Source: Deltaproteobacteria bacterium (GTDB lineage: Bacteria; Myxococcota_A; Polyangia; Fen-1088). From it: a DNA stretch of 64,000 bases. Positions 19,195-28,205 of the stretch are shown piece after piece (position 1 is the stretch's first letter; each line of letters starts with the position of its first letter). The translations under genes and the position numbers were made by a program. The DNA lies in assembly GCA_033763315.1 (NCBI GenBank), contig JANRKS010000032.1:320001-384000 (forward strand). Direction: 5' to 3'. Under the pieces are notes generated by a model. That model did not search any database. It was not told the DNA's origin and was given only the letters and a program-made list of their open reading frames with translations.

Positions 19195-22100
19195 TTACAA
19201 GAGCAAGACGCGCAGGTCCGGCGTATTCAAGTCGATGCCCAGCTCGCGCGCTTGCCGAACAACGTCTCGGTTTTCGGGGATGTTGTGCAAGTAGGTGAGT
19301 TGGTACTTGGGCGCGGTGATCCTGGTCGTGAGGTGGGCAAGGCGTTGGGCATTGCCTCGTGCAGTGGCGACGGCGTCTTCGTGGCGGCCGACGGCTAGAA
19401 GGCAATCGACGTAGGTGGAGCGGGCGAGCATTTCGCCGTCCATGAGTGGCTTCTTTGCGAATACCGCCTCCATAGCGACGCGGGACATGGCTATGGCGGA
19501 CGTGATTTGCCTCGAAGCCAAGAGAACTTTTGCGCGTACGGAAGCCGCGAGAGGAACAAACGCAGTATGATTTTTGGAGGCCTCGACACTCTCGGCCGAA
19601 GCAAGCTGGGCGCTCGGAACATCACCGAGGTTAAGATAGGCCTGCGCCATGACGGCCATGCAGTACCAGATGTTGTCGCCGTTGCATTCGCGCAACTTGC
19701 TTAGAACACTGTGGCCCTCTCTCAAGGTGCGTCCAGGATCACCGGTTCGAAGATAGATTGCGAGTAGATTTGCGTCCACACCCAGTTGAAGCGAGAGCAA
19801 GTTGAGTGACAGGGTCTTTTGCCGGATCTGGTTCAGACCATCCTGGGCTCCTCGATAGTCTCCAAGATCAGCAAGGGCGACGGACGCGTAGAAATCAGCG
19901 TTGAGTTCATATTTCAAATCTCCCGCCGATCGAAAAGCTGCGACGGCCTGGGTGAACGCGGTGATTGCTTTGAGTGGATCACCACCAGATAAGATTCTCG
20001 TACCGTCTGACACGAGCCAGTGACCGAGAGTGCATTCGTCGAGCGTCTCCGTCCGAAATTGCAACAAAAAGGCCATTGCTGGCTCATCGCCCAAGAAAAT
20101 GCACGCAGTTACTGCCGCCGCAAGAGCTTTCTGCGTATCCAATGCCGCCAGGCTGTCTAGCTCAGCTGACAGCCGTGTTGCGAAGGTCACGGCATCTCGA
20201 TGTTTGCTGAGGTTGATGAGGCACACCATAAAATGCAAGTACCCGGTTCTAGCGGCGTTTGGCGGCAACCGGTTGAAAGCTTCATGAAAGTAGTTTTCGG
20301 CTTGCTCGAAGTCTCCTCTCCAAGTGAGGGCTTCGGCTTGCAGCATTCTCAGCGAGCCGTGTAGTTCTCCTTGAGCACCGTTTGCCAACCCGCGCTGTCC
20401 GAATGCGATGGCCTGATTGACATCCGCCCCAGCCATTGCGTCCTTCGCGGCTGCGCAGCACCACAGTGCTGCCTTGTCGCCGCTGCCGCCTTGTTCAAAA
20501 TGCTCGACGAGTTCAGAAGGAACAGGAGGGAACGAATCAGCCTCTAACCATAGCCCTGCGGCCAAGTGTGCGGCTTTCCGATCTGCTTGAGTGATCATGT
20601 CGTAGGCTGCATCGCGCAATAGCGCGTGGCGAAATGCAAATTCATTCTGGTCGTTATGCTCCCGCATATAGATAATTTCCTTGTCCGATAGGAGATCAAG
20701 GGATCGCTCTATTGACGTCGAGGCGTCAGGCTTAAGAAGAGCGTTCAAACCCGCAAAGGCGAACCGTTCACCAAACACGCTGGCTGCGCGAAGTACTCGC
20801 TTGGCCTCCTCGCCCAGTGCATCAAACCGCGCTTGGATGACGCCCAACACACTGCTCGGCGCGGCGTCTTCACGCTCCAATGCTGAGCGCACATCCTGCG
20901 CGCGGAGCAACTCTTCCAAGAAAAATGGGTTACCATCGCAGTGCCGCGTAAGCCGCGCCACAAGCTCTGGCGCCGCCTCCGGCAGAACCTCACTTACGAG
21001 CTGTGTGAGCGCGCTGGCTGGGAGCGGGCGCAAGTTCACGTGCTCAAGCGACCGGGCTCTCCACAACCTTGGAAAGCGCATCTCGATCTCTGGCCGAGCA
21101 AACGCTGCCACGAATATTGGCCGATCGCGATAGACGCGCATCGCATCGTCGATTGCCTGAACGCTCGGAGAATCACCCCAATGAAGATCTTCTAGCACGA
21201 GCACCAAGGGCTCGTCTGCAGACACATGCTTCACGAACTCAAGCCACGCGAGCTTCGTTTGATCGCCCATGACGTGGGGATCTTTTCGGGCCGTCTGAAG
21301 CGATAAGAGGCCATCGTCTGAGAATGGCACACCCATCAATTCGCCCAAAAACGCAATCGTGCGGCGCTTGTGTTGCGGATCTGACTCTGATTCGTGGATG
21401 TGCCTGCCAATGTGCTTCAGAACCAGTGCCTGCTGTGTTGTTCGATCTTCGCTTCCGTGGATCTGTGCCTTCGAACGCAGCAGCGCCGCGACCACGCCGA
21501 GCGGCGCGTTGCTGCGCAACGGATCACCGCGCGCGATCAAGAAGTGAAGGCTGGGACGCTGGGCCTGCAGCGCTTGCATGAGCTCGAACCGGACGCGTGA
21601 CTTGCCACCGCCTGCGGGTGCCGTGACCAATATCGCGCGTGCCCCTGGTTCAATTACACATTCAGCAAAGATGGCTTGCAGATTGGCGAGTTCGCGCTGC
21701 CGGCCGACGCATGGCAAGACTTTGCCCAGCACCGTTCGTGGCGGTTCGAGTGAGTGCCGCTCTGCCTGCAACGTGAATACTTCGCCTTCTTCCGTGAGCT
21801 TCGATGCCACCTCGAACCGAGCTTGCAGCAGCGCCGCCACCGTTTCATCCACGCGGATCTCACCCTCTTGCGTTGAGCTTAGAAGTGCGGTGGTCACGTC
21901 AGCCAGATCTTGGTTACCGACGTCACTGAATTTGCGGCCCAGCCCTAGAGCGAACCGGCGATCTCCTGAAACTGTTCTAAGTGCCAACGCGCAACGGCCC
22001 GCATTCACCGCTTGATCCATCGGCGAATCTCCCGGCACCGTAACGAGCACCGTGCCGCCCAACAAGGTTTGCGCGCTTTTGGTCCAGGGCGCCACGCGCG

Positions 22101-23151
22101 ACAGAGTTTCTGAGACTTGCGTGGTCACAGGATGTTGATCGACTTCGCTACTCGCAGGTGAGATCAGTAGCAGTGCGTGCACGCGCCGTTCACCCGAGCC
22201 AATGCTTGACGGTTGCTGACGCGGCGGGGCCTCAGGGCGTGCAAGCAAGGTTGGTAGTACCCGTTCGAGGTTTTGCACCACAAGTTTTGCGTTGGGTGTA
22301 CGGCGTTCGCGATCTTTGAGCAGCAAGCCCGCGAGCACGTCCTGCAGGCCTGGATCAACGTCAGGGCACAGTTGAGCCAATGGCACATGATCGCTAAAAC
22401 AAATCTTTGCCAGCGTTGCCAACGCAGAATCGCCCACGAACAAAGGCTTTGCGAGCAAACACTCAAGCAGCACGCAGCCCAACGAAAACAGGTCGGCACG
22501 CCCATCGAGATCAGCTTCACCGCGCGCCTGTTCGGGCGCCATATACATCGGCGTGCCCACCCAGTGGCCCGTACCTGTGACACGCAGAAAATCAACGTGA
22601 CGGGCGATCCCGAAATCAAGCACCGTGACTTGATTGAGATCGTCATCCACCACCATGAGGTTTTCCGGCTTGATGTCGCGGTGAATGATGCCGTTGGCGT
22701 GCGCCATGGCCAAAGCCGAAGCCACGCGCATACCCACGCGCGCCGCATCCGCTTGTGACAGGGGCCCCTGCCGCAAGCGTTGCTTCAAGGTTTGCCCGCG
22801 CAGCAGAGCTGTGGCCACATAGCGCTCACCCGCTGCACTGACGCCATGATCGATGTAGGCCACGATCGCAGGGTGCGAGAGCGTGGCCAAAAGCGCGCCC
22901 TCGCGCGAGAACCGCTCCGCCAGGCCGGTGCCAGCGAAGATCTTCAGCGCCACATCGTGGCCCGTGGCGGTGTCCTCGGCCACCACAACGTGCCCCGACG
23001 AACCGCTGCCTAAGGCACCGCGCACACGAAAGCGGTCGGCGAATAGAGTGCCCGCCGCCAGCAGCCGCCCCAACGGCGCATGCCGCACGTCGGCCGGCTC
23101 TGTGCCTGCTGTGCCAGTCGTTCCGCGCTCGGGTATGACGAGCCGTGCCAC
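19195..23151 (-). CDS. Ser/Thr kinase - degenerate cyclase-like - STAND/AAA ATPase - TPR-like protein
   Basis: [20 protein letters not shown]; [45 protein letters not shown]; helical repeats in C-terminus. Confidence 0.92.
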   Translation of the reverse strand: MARLVIPERGTTGTAGTEPADVRHAPLGRLLAAGTLFADRFRVRGALGSGSSGHVVVAEDTATGHDVALKIFAGTGLAERFSREGALLATLSHPAIVAYIDHGVSAAGERYVATALLRGQTLKQRLRQGPLSQADAARVGMRVASALAMAHANGIIHRDIKPENLMVVDDDLNQVTVLDFGIARHVDFLRVTGTGHWVGTPMYMAPEQARGEADLDGRADLFSLGCVLLECLLAKPLFVGDSALATLAKICFSDHVPLAQLCPDVDPGLQDVLAGLLLKDRERRTPNAKLVVQNLERVLPTLLARPEAPPRQQPSSIGSGERRVHALLLISPASSEVDQHPVTTQVSETLSRVAPWTKSAQTLLGGTVLVTVPGDSPMDQAVNAGRCALALRTVSGDRRFALGLGRKFSDVGNQDLADVTTALLSSTQEGEIRVDETVAALLQARFEVASKLTEEGEVFTLQAERHSLEPPRTVLGKVLPCVGRQRELANLQAIFAECVIEPGARAILVTAPAGGGKSRVRFELMQALQAQRPSLHFLIARGDPLRSNAPLGVVAALLRSKAQIHGSEDRTTQQALVLKHIGRHIHESESDPQHKRRTIAFLGELMGVPFSDDGLLSLQTARKDPHVMGDQTKLAWLEFVKHVSADEPLVLVLEDLHWGDSPSVQAIDDAMRVYRDRPIFVAAFARPEIEMRFPRLWRARSLEHVNLRPLPASALTQLVSEVLPEAAPELVARLTRHCDGNPFFLEELLRAQDVRSALEREDAAPSSVLGVIQARFDALGEEAKRVLRAASVFGERFAFAGLNALLKPDASTSIERSLDLLSDKEIIYMREHNDQNEFAFRHALLRDAAYDMITQADRKAAHLAAGLWLEADSFPPVPSELVEHFEQGGSGDKAALWCCAAAKDAMAGADVNQAIAFGQRGLANGAQGELHGSLRMLQAEALTWRGDFEQAENYFHEAFNRLPPNAARTGYLHFMVCLINLSKHRDAVTFATRLSAELDSLAALDTQKALAAAVTACIFLGDEPAMAFLLQFRTETLDECTLGHWLVSDGTRILSGGDPLKAITAFTQAVAAFRSAGDLKYELNADFYASVALADLGDYRGAQDGLNQIRQKTLSLNLLSLQLGVDANLLAIYLRTGDPGRTLREGHSVLSKLRECNGDNIWYCMAVMAQAYLNLGDVPSAQLASAESVEASKNHTAFVPLAASVRAKVLLASRQITSAIAMSRVAMEAVFAKKPLMDGEMLARSTYVDCLLAVGRHEDAVATARGNAQRLAHLTTRITAPKYQLTYLHNIPENRDVVRQARELGIDLNTPDLRVLLL

Positions 23152-23383
23152 GACCGAGCCAATATCACTATTTGGCGGCTGGTGCCAGGTGAGTTACCGG
23201 CGCGTTCCGCTCGGCCTATTCACGTTCCGGGACGATAAGAACGGCACTAAGGATCGGTCGGGTCAGTGGCCTGTGATATGTCCGTTAATCTCGTGAGTTT
23301 GCGGGCGCCACGATGTGTTACGCCCCTGATGTGGCGCGGTTTGCTTGCCACTTTCCCCTGTCACGGGGCATACCTTTGAGGCG

Positions 23384-23599
23384 ATGAAGACGGCAGAGCA
23401 GACGGCCCGGGCAGAGGCAGAGCGCCTCGCCAATGAACAAGCCGCTGCGGATGGCAACGCGCTGCCGTTCCCAAATCCCTGGGATGCCATCGATCCTACC
23501 AAAGTCTCTCAAGATGCCTCGCCCGAAGAGCTACAGGAGTCTTACCTGCGGTGGAGTCAACTGTGTCGCAAACGACCCCGCAAAGTGCACCTACTCTAG
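23384..23599 (+). CDS. Small hypothetical protein (71 aa)
   Basis: GAGG before ATG 23384; helical N-terminus, FPNPWD motif. Confidence 0.5.
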   Translation: MKTAEQTARAEAERLANEQAAADGNALPFPNPWDAIDPTKVSQDASPEELQESYLRWSQLCRKRPRKVHLL

Positions 23600-23742
23600 C
23601 GTCTTACCTGGGTTTGTTGCGCCGCCTGGATGCTTGATGGGATTGTGGCCGACGCAGCGGCGTTGGGGCTATCGATCGAGAAATGGCCTCAACCTCGAAG
23701 CGTGCCTGTTGCGGTTTTTCGTTGGGCCTGCGTGCAGCCGCA

Positions 23743-24168
23743 CTAACCGTCGGAGATCAGGGCTGCCATGGCGCCCGAACGAAATAGCGAAACGAGCGCC
23801 TCTACAAAATCGGAATCGAAACGTTCGGAGCCTGAAATCAGGGCCTCGGAGAAGGCTGGGTTCGCTTGTATCAACGCTTCGGGCGTCACGAAGCCCATTC
23901 GCCAATCCATGAAGCTTCTTGTGGAGGTTGGCTGCCGTGAAAGGACGTTCACATCATGGTGCCGAGGATCCTGCTGCACTTTCGCGAAGATCGCATCGAC
24001 GTCAGCTTCCTTGCCTTCGAGCATCTGAAAGAACAGGCCGTCGCGGTAGAGCAATATGCCGCCCACGCCGCGTTTGAAGTTGTTCTTGCGCGATTTGGTC
24101 AGCAACGCCAAGAGTTCGTCGTCCGTCATTGGCGCGGCGGCTTTGCTTACGTATGCCAGTTGAATCAT
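23743..24168 (-). CDS. Stand-alone BLUF blue-light sensor
   Basis: LAYVS, SRKNN, GILLY..FFQMLEG, DPRH, FMDWRMG: conserved Tyr/Gln/Trp-Met of BLUF. Confidence 0.93.
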   Translation of the reverse strand: MIQLAYVSKAAAPMTDDELLALLTKSRKNNFKRGVGGILLYRDGLFFQMLEGKEADVDAIFAKVQQDPRHHDVNVLSRQPTSTRSFMDWRMGFVTPEALIQANPAFSEALISGSERFDSDFVEALVSLFRSGAMAALISDG

Positions 24169-24293
24169 TTGAGTGCGCTTCTATCCGTGGGGGCTGAGCT
24201 TGTGGCTCCTCCTCATAAACGGCATCGCGCGCTCGTGACTTTAGTTTGGCCGCCGCCTGGGGCGCCACGGTAACGTGCGTCTAGGCGCTTCTC

Positions 24294-25082
24294 TTATTGG
24301 CAAGCGGGAGCGACGTCAGACGCCACCCCTTGGGTGTCCATAAAGAACACCTTTCGGAAATAGTTTGTCTCGTCGTCGGGCTTGTCGGCTGGTGCTGCAT
24401 TTGGAATGTACGTCCACAGCCATTCGGCCCCGCTATCTGGGAATACTTGACTCCAAGGCGGTATCCCCGAGGCACCGAGCGACGTCGCGGCAGCCCATTG
24501 TTTGTCATCGAAGTTGAGATCAATCCAATTTGCAGGCGCCGTTGCACTGGCGCGCCAGGTGGAATCTGTTTTGACGTACTTTGTTTGGTTGGCCGCCGTG
24601 TACACCAACTCGGCGATGGCACCGCGATCCAGACCCCCTTGCTCATAAGCGTTCTTGCACTCGAAAGCGATCACGTTGCGCTTCTGCGGGTATAAGTACA
24701 CCTTTACATCGTATTCCTTCAGCGTGGACCACAGGCTTGTGGGTGCGTCCACCAGCACACCGTTGAAATAGATTTTGACGAAGTCGTCGCAGGTCACGCG
24801 AAGCCGGGCCGTGGCTTCCGCGGTGGGCGCCACGTTGCACGGGGGCGCATCCACACCCGCATCGGCCGGCGTTGCATCCACCCCGGCATCAAGCGCAAGG
24901 CTTCCATCGCCACTGGTGTCCCCGGGTCTTTGATCCATGGCTGCCACATCCATGAGCGCGTCGCTGCCGCCGTTGATTGTGCCGCCGTCCAAGCTTGGCG
25001 TACGACTCTCGTCATCCGAACACGCCACCAGACCCGCAGCGCTGGCGGCCACGAACAGACCCAATCGAATGCACCGTTTCAT
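24294..25082 (-). CDS. Lipoprotein with C-terminal carbohydrate-binding-like beta-sandwich
   Basis: Lipobox LVAC; D/A/G linker; TCDDFVKIYFNG, KTDSTWRAS, FDDKQWAAA, YFRKVF. Confidence 0.75.
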   Translation of the reverse strand: MKRCIRLGLFVAASAAGLVACSDDESRTPSLDGGTINGGSDALMDVAAMDQRPGDTSGDGSLALDAGVDATPADAGVDAPPCNVAPTAEATARLRVTCDDFVKIYFNGVLVDAPTSLWSTLKEYDVKVYLYPQKRNVIAFECKNAYEQGGLDRGAIAELVYTAANQTKYVKTDSTWRASATAPANWIDLNFDDKQWAAATSLGASGIPPWSQVFPDSGAEWLWTYIPNAAPADKPDDETNYFRKVFFMDTQGVASDVAPACQ

Positions 25083-25152
25083 TGCCGGATCATGCCTGTT
25101 AATGCGAGCTTGTCGATGTGGTCACAAGTGGCAGGGAAGCCTGCCCGCCATG

Positions 25153-25266
25153 CCCTGCGTTGGCACGCGCCTTGTACATTTCGCTGGCCACCCAGGTCTC
25201 GAAAACGGCGCCTCGTAAAGGGTGTGTTTGCAGCTGCTCTGGTGAACGAATGCCCAGCAGGAAGCA
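25153..25266 (-). pseudogene. Fragment of a DUF4143-type ATPase gene
   Basis: CFLLGIRSPEQLQTHPLRGAVFETWVASE aligns by eye with HHLLNISSQSELDAHPIRGASWETFVLED of 10580..11737. Confidence 0.65.
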
Positions 25267-25296
25267 CTTAACTTTCGATCCATGCAACCTGATGCG

Positions 25297-26151
25297 TTAT
25301 AGGTCGGAGGCACCTGTGCGCGCGAGCTCAAGTACGAGCGCGTACGCTTGCCGCCTTGGCACGCCCGTGTCGAACGCCAGCTTCTGGGCGGCATCTTTGG
25401 CTGAGAGGCCGGCGGCCAGCAGCGCGCGCGCTTGATCTTCCAGTGTCACTTCCGAATCGCTAGTGGCCCCCGCCTCATGCGCGCCGGCGACCACCAAGGT
25501 GATCTCGCCGAGCGGCCGCTCGTGTTCGTATTGCGCAAACAACTGCGACAGCGGCGCGCGCACGAACTCTTCGTAGGTCTTTGTTAATTCACGTGCAACT
25601 GTGGCGGGGCGATCGCCCAGCACGGCCAGCATGTCGGCCAACGTTTCGGCGGTGCGCATCGGCGATTCGAAGAAGATAAGGGTGGCCGCAAGCTGTTTGA
25701 CTTCACCGATGGCCTGGCGACGCGCGCCTTGTTTGCGCGGCAAGAACCCGCCGAAATAGAACTTATCGGTGGCCAAGCCTGACGCCACCAACGCACACAG
25801 CACCGCCGATGGTCCAGGCACGGGCACCACACGCACGCCCGCTGCGATCGCCGCTTGCACCATGCGGTAGCCCGGGTCCGATACCGCGGGCGTGCCGGCT
25901 TCGCTAAACAGCGCCACCGTTTTGCCGGCGGCAAAGTGCGCGGCCACTTCCTCGGCGCGTTGAGCTTCGTTGCCGTCGAAGCACGATTGCACCGATCGCG
26001 GGATGCCCAGTTCATTCAACAAGCGTGCGGCCGTGCGCGTGTCTTCGGCGTAAAGCACGTCAGCGGTGCGCAGAACGTCGGTGCCTCGGGGCGATAAGTC
26101 CTGAAGGTTGCCCAAGGGCGTGGATACCAAATAAAGCGCGGCGCCCGACAT
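25297..26151 (-). CDS. rsmI: 16S rRNA (C1402-2'-O)-methyltransferase
   Basis: LYLVSTPLGNLQD, AEDTR, SEAGTPAVSDPG, PVPGPSA, GFLPRK, FESP, ARELTK..EE. Confidence 0.95.
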   Translation of the reverse strand: MSGAALYLVSTPLGNLQDLSPRGTDVLRTADVLYAEDTRTAARLLNELGIPRSVQSCFDGNEAQRAEEVAAHFAAGKTVALFSEAGTPAVSDPGYRMVQAAIAAGVRVVPVPGPSAVLCALVASGLATDKFYFGGFLPRKQGARRQAIGEVKQLAATLIFFESPMRTAETLADMLAVLGDRPATVARELTKTYEEFVRAPLSQLFAQYEHERPLGEITLVVAGAHEAGATSDSEVTLEDQARALLAAGLSAKDAAQKLAFDTGVPRRQAYALVLELARTGASDL

Positions 26152-26190
26152 GGCGGGACCATAGCCCAAAATTGCTGCGCGATCGGGCCC

Positions 26191-27186
26191 CTATCGCACG
26201 CGCGGCTGCACGCTGTACGCAGGACCGCTGGGCGGTGGCCGGCGCGGCGCGGGCGGTGGCGTGGCAGGCGGCGCAGGCGCGGGGGGCGCCGTGGCAGGCG
26301 GACGGTGCTGGCCATAACCACCCAAGGGCGCTCCGAAGGTTTGATAGCCGTAGGCAGGGCGAGCGTAGGGATAGCCGTAGCCAAGCGGGATGGGCGGCGT
26401 CGCGAAGGACACCGGGTTGTCGGATTGCAAAGACGAAGGCGGAGGCGGCGCGGGCGCGGCCGGTGCGGCCACAGGCGCCGGGGCGTCGTCGCGTTCGGGC
26501 GGCGGGCCCCAGCTCAACATCTCGGCAGGCATGGGCACCGTTTTGATCGAAGGCGCACGCGCGCGGTTTTGCAGGTATCGGCCTTCGGAATAATAGAGCG
26601 GGTAAAGGTCGCGGAAGAAGTGAACGTAGTAGGGATAGTAAACGCGGAACTGCGCATCGAATCCGCCGCCCCAGTAGTAACGTTCAGCGATGCGTTGCAT
26701 GTAAGGCGAGCGCATACGGAACGCGTGGCTGTGATCGTTGTCTTGGTAGCACCAGCCGCCGCCCTTTTCTTGCGGGATCGGATGCATGCCGTGAAAGGAA
26801 AACAGGCCTGAATACGCGCCGAAATCGCTGGGATCGCCGGTGAATTGATAACACGCGCCATCGAACGTGAAGAGGCGCAGATCAACCGGCGCGTAGCTGT
26901 GTTTGTGGTGCCCCGTAGATTCGTGCCACATCTGCGGTTCGGATTCATCGTGATCCGCCAGCGTGGTGGGGTGGCCGCCCGAAAAGCAAAAGCCTCCCCC
27001 GGTGGCGCGGACGGGCCCTGACTCAACGAGCGGCGGAATCGAAGCCTGCCAGCCGGTGGCGGACTCAGCCACGCCGGGCATATAGCGATCGTCGCTGGCA
27101 CCCAACGTGCGGACGATCGTTTGTGCGTGTGCGGCGCTCGTGAGGCCGCAAAGGTAAACCGCCAGTCCCAGGTACCGCTTCACCAT
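26191..27186 (-). CDS. Secreted hypothetical protein with two His-rich repeats and a Pro-rich tail
   Basis: Signal peptide (AHA/Q); GxHP...W[HC]...HxHx[YF] twice. Confidence 0.7.
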   Translation of the reverse strand: MVKRYLGLAVYLCGLTSAAHAQTIVRTLGASDDRYMPGVAESATGWQASIPPLVESGPVRATGGGFCFSGGHPTTLADHDESEPQMWHESTGHHKHSYAPVDLRLFTFDGACYQFTGDPSDFGAYSGLFSFHGMHPIPQEKGGGWCYQDNDHSHAFRMRSPYMQRIAERYYWGGGFDAQFRVYYPYYVHFFRDLYPLYYSEGRYLQNRARAPSIKTVPMPAEMLSWGPPPERDDAPAPVAAPAAPAPPPPSSLQSDNPVSFATPPIPLGYGYPYARPAYGYQTFGAPLGGYGQHRPPATAPPAPAPPATPPPAPRRPPPSGPAYSVQPRVR

Positions 27187-27215
27187 GCTTTAAGCGTAAA
27201 GCCAATCCGAGGTGG

Positions 27216-28205
27216 TTGCCGCAGGCGAAAATGCCCTGGCTGGTTGAAGCGGAGCGTCGCGATCGACGGAGATCAGCACAAAAAGCGGCCTGCAGGTGGG
27301 GCAAGGTGGGGAATCTACCAGTATCCTCAACCCCGGTGGGTCCGTTGCAGTTCGGTGACAGTCGATGCCTGTTGGCGGTGATGGCGTACGCGCTTACGAG
27401 CGCGGCTTGTTTGGTGGACAACCCCGCGTACGACTTGGACGGTGGCGACGGTGGCCAGCCACGCCTCGACGCGCTTCCGTTCGACGGCGCTGTTCGTGAT
27501 GACTTGGCGGACGCTCCTGTCACGGCGGACGTGGCGTTCACCGAAGCAGGAGCGCCAGACGCCGGCGGCCCCCGCGTGGTTGGCCCCGGTTGCGACCCCA
27601 ACAACAGTGATCTGCAGTTCTGTTTGGCGTTCGAGGGATCGCTGCGCGATTTGTCTTCGAACGCGGTTGTGGTGACGGGCGAGCCGGCGTTCATGCCGGG
27701 GGCGGACGGTGCGGCTTATTGGGTGAAAAATGCGGTGGGGCTACAAACACCCGCCACATCTTTGTTTGCGTTGTCGCGTTTGAGTTTGGATATGTGGGTC
27801 AAGTTGCAGGCCTGGCCAGAAACGCAAACGCAAGTGTTGGTGGCCGTGCCCGACGTGATGTCGCTTTTCATCACCGGCAAAGGCGAGTTGGTTTGCGATG
27901 TGGGCAACATCCGTGCGACGGGGCCGTTGCGAGATGTACAGCTTGGCCAGTGGCAAGGCGTCGCCTGCGTCTACGATGGCCAAGGCATCACAATGTTCAT
28001 CAATGGTATCAGCGTCGGGTCGCGGACGGACCCTGGTTTTGAGCCCACCGTAACCAAAGCACCTTTGTTCGTGGGCACCGCGCTTGATTACGATCCATTT
28101 ACCGGCGGGCTCGACAACGTTCGCTTGTGGAGCCGGCGCTTGACGCCTGCAGAGCTCTGTAAGTCCGCACCCGATCAAGCCGAGTGTTCCCAGATCATTC
28201 GGTGA
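27216..28205 (+). CDS. LamG/ConA-like domain lipoprotein (true start probably downstream of 27216)
   Basis: Lipobox-like SAAC; LSLDMWVK, WQGVACVYDG..MFING, FTGGLDNVRLWSRRLT. Confidence 0.8.
   Translation: MPQAKMPWLVEAERRDRRRSAQKAACRWGKVGNLPVSSTPVGPLQFGDSRCLLAVMAYALTSAACLVDNPAYDLDGGDGGQPRLDALPFDGAVRDDLADAPVTADVAFTEAGAPDAGGPRVVGPGCDPNNSDLQFCLAFEGSLRDLSSNAVVVTGEPAFMPGADGAAYWVKNAVGLQTPATSLFALSRLSLDMWVKLQAWPETQTQVLVAVPDVMSLFITGKGELVCDVGNIRATGPLRDVQLGQWQGVACVYDGQGITMFINGISVGSRTDPGFEPTVTKAPLFVGTALDYDPFTGGLDNVRLWSRRLTPAELCKSAPDQAECSQIIR

Noticed and set aside
25161-25296. TGGCACGCGCCTTGT sigma54-like site and possible ncRNA next to rsmI
   Set aside because: No + strand gene follows, no RNA family features recognised, and the stretch is explained as a minus-strand DUF4143 remnant
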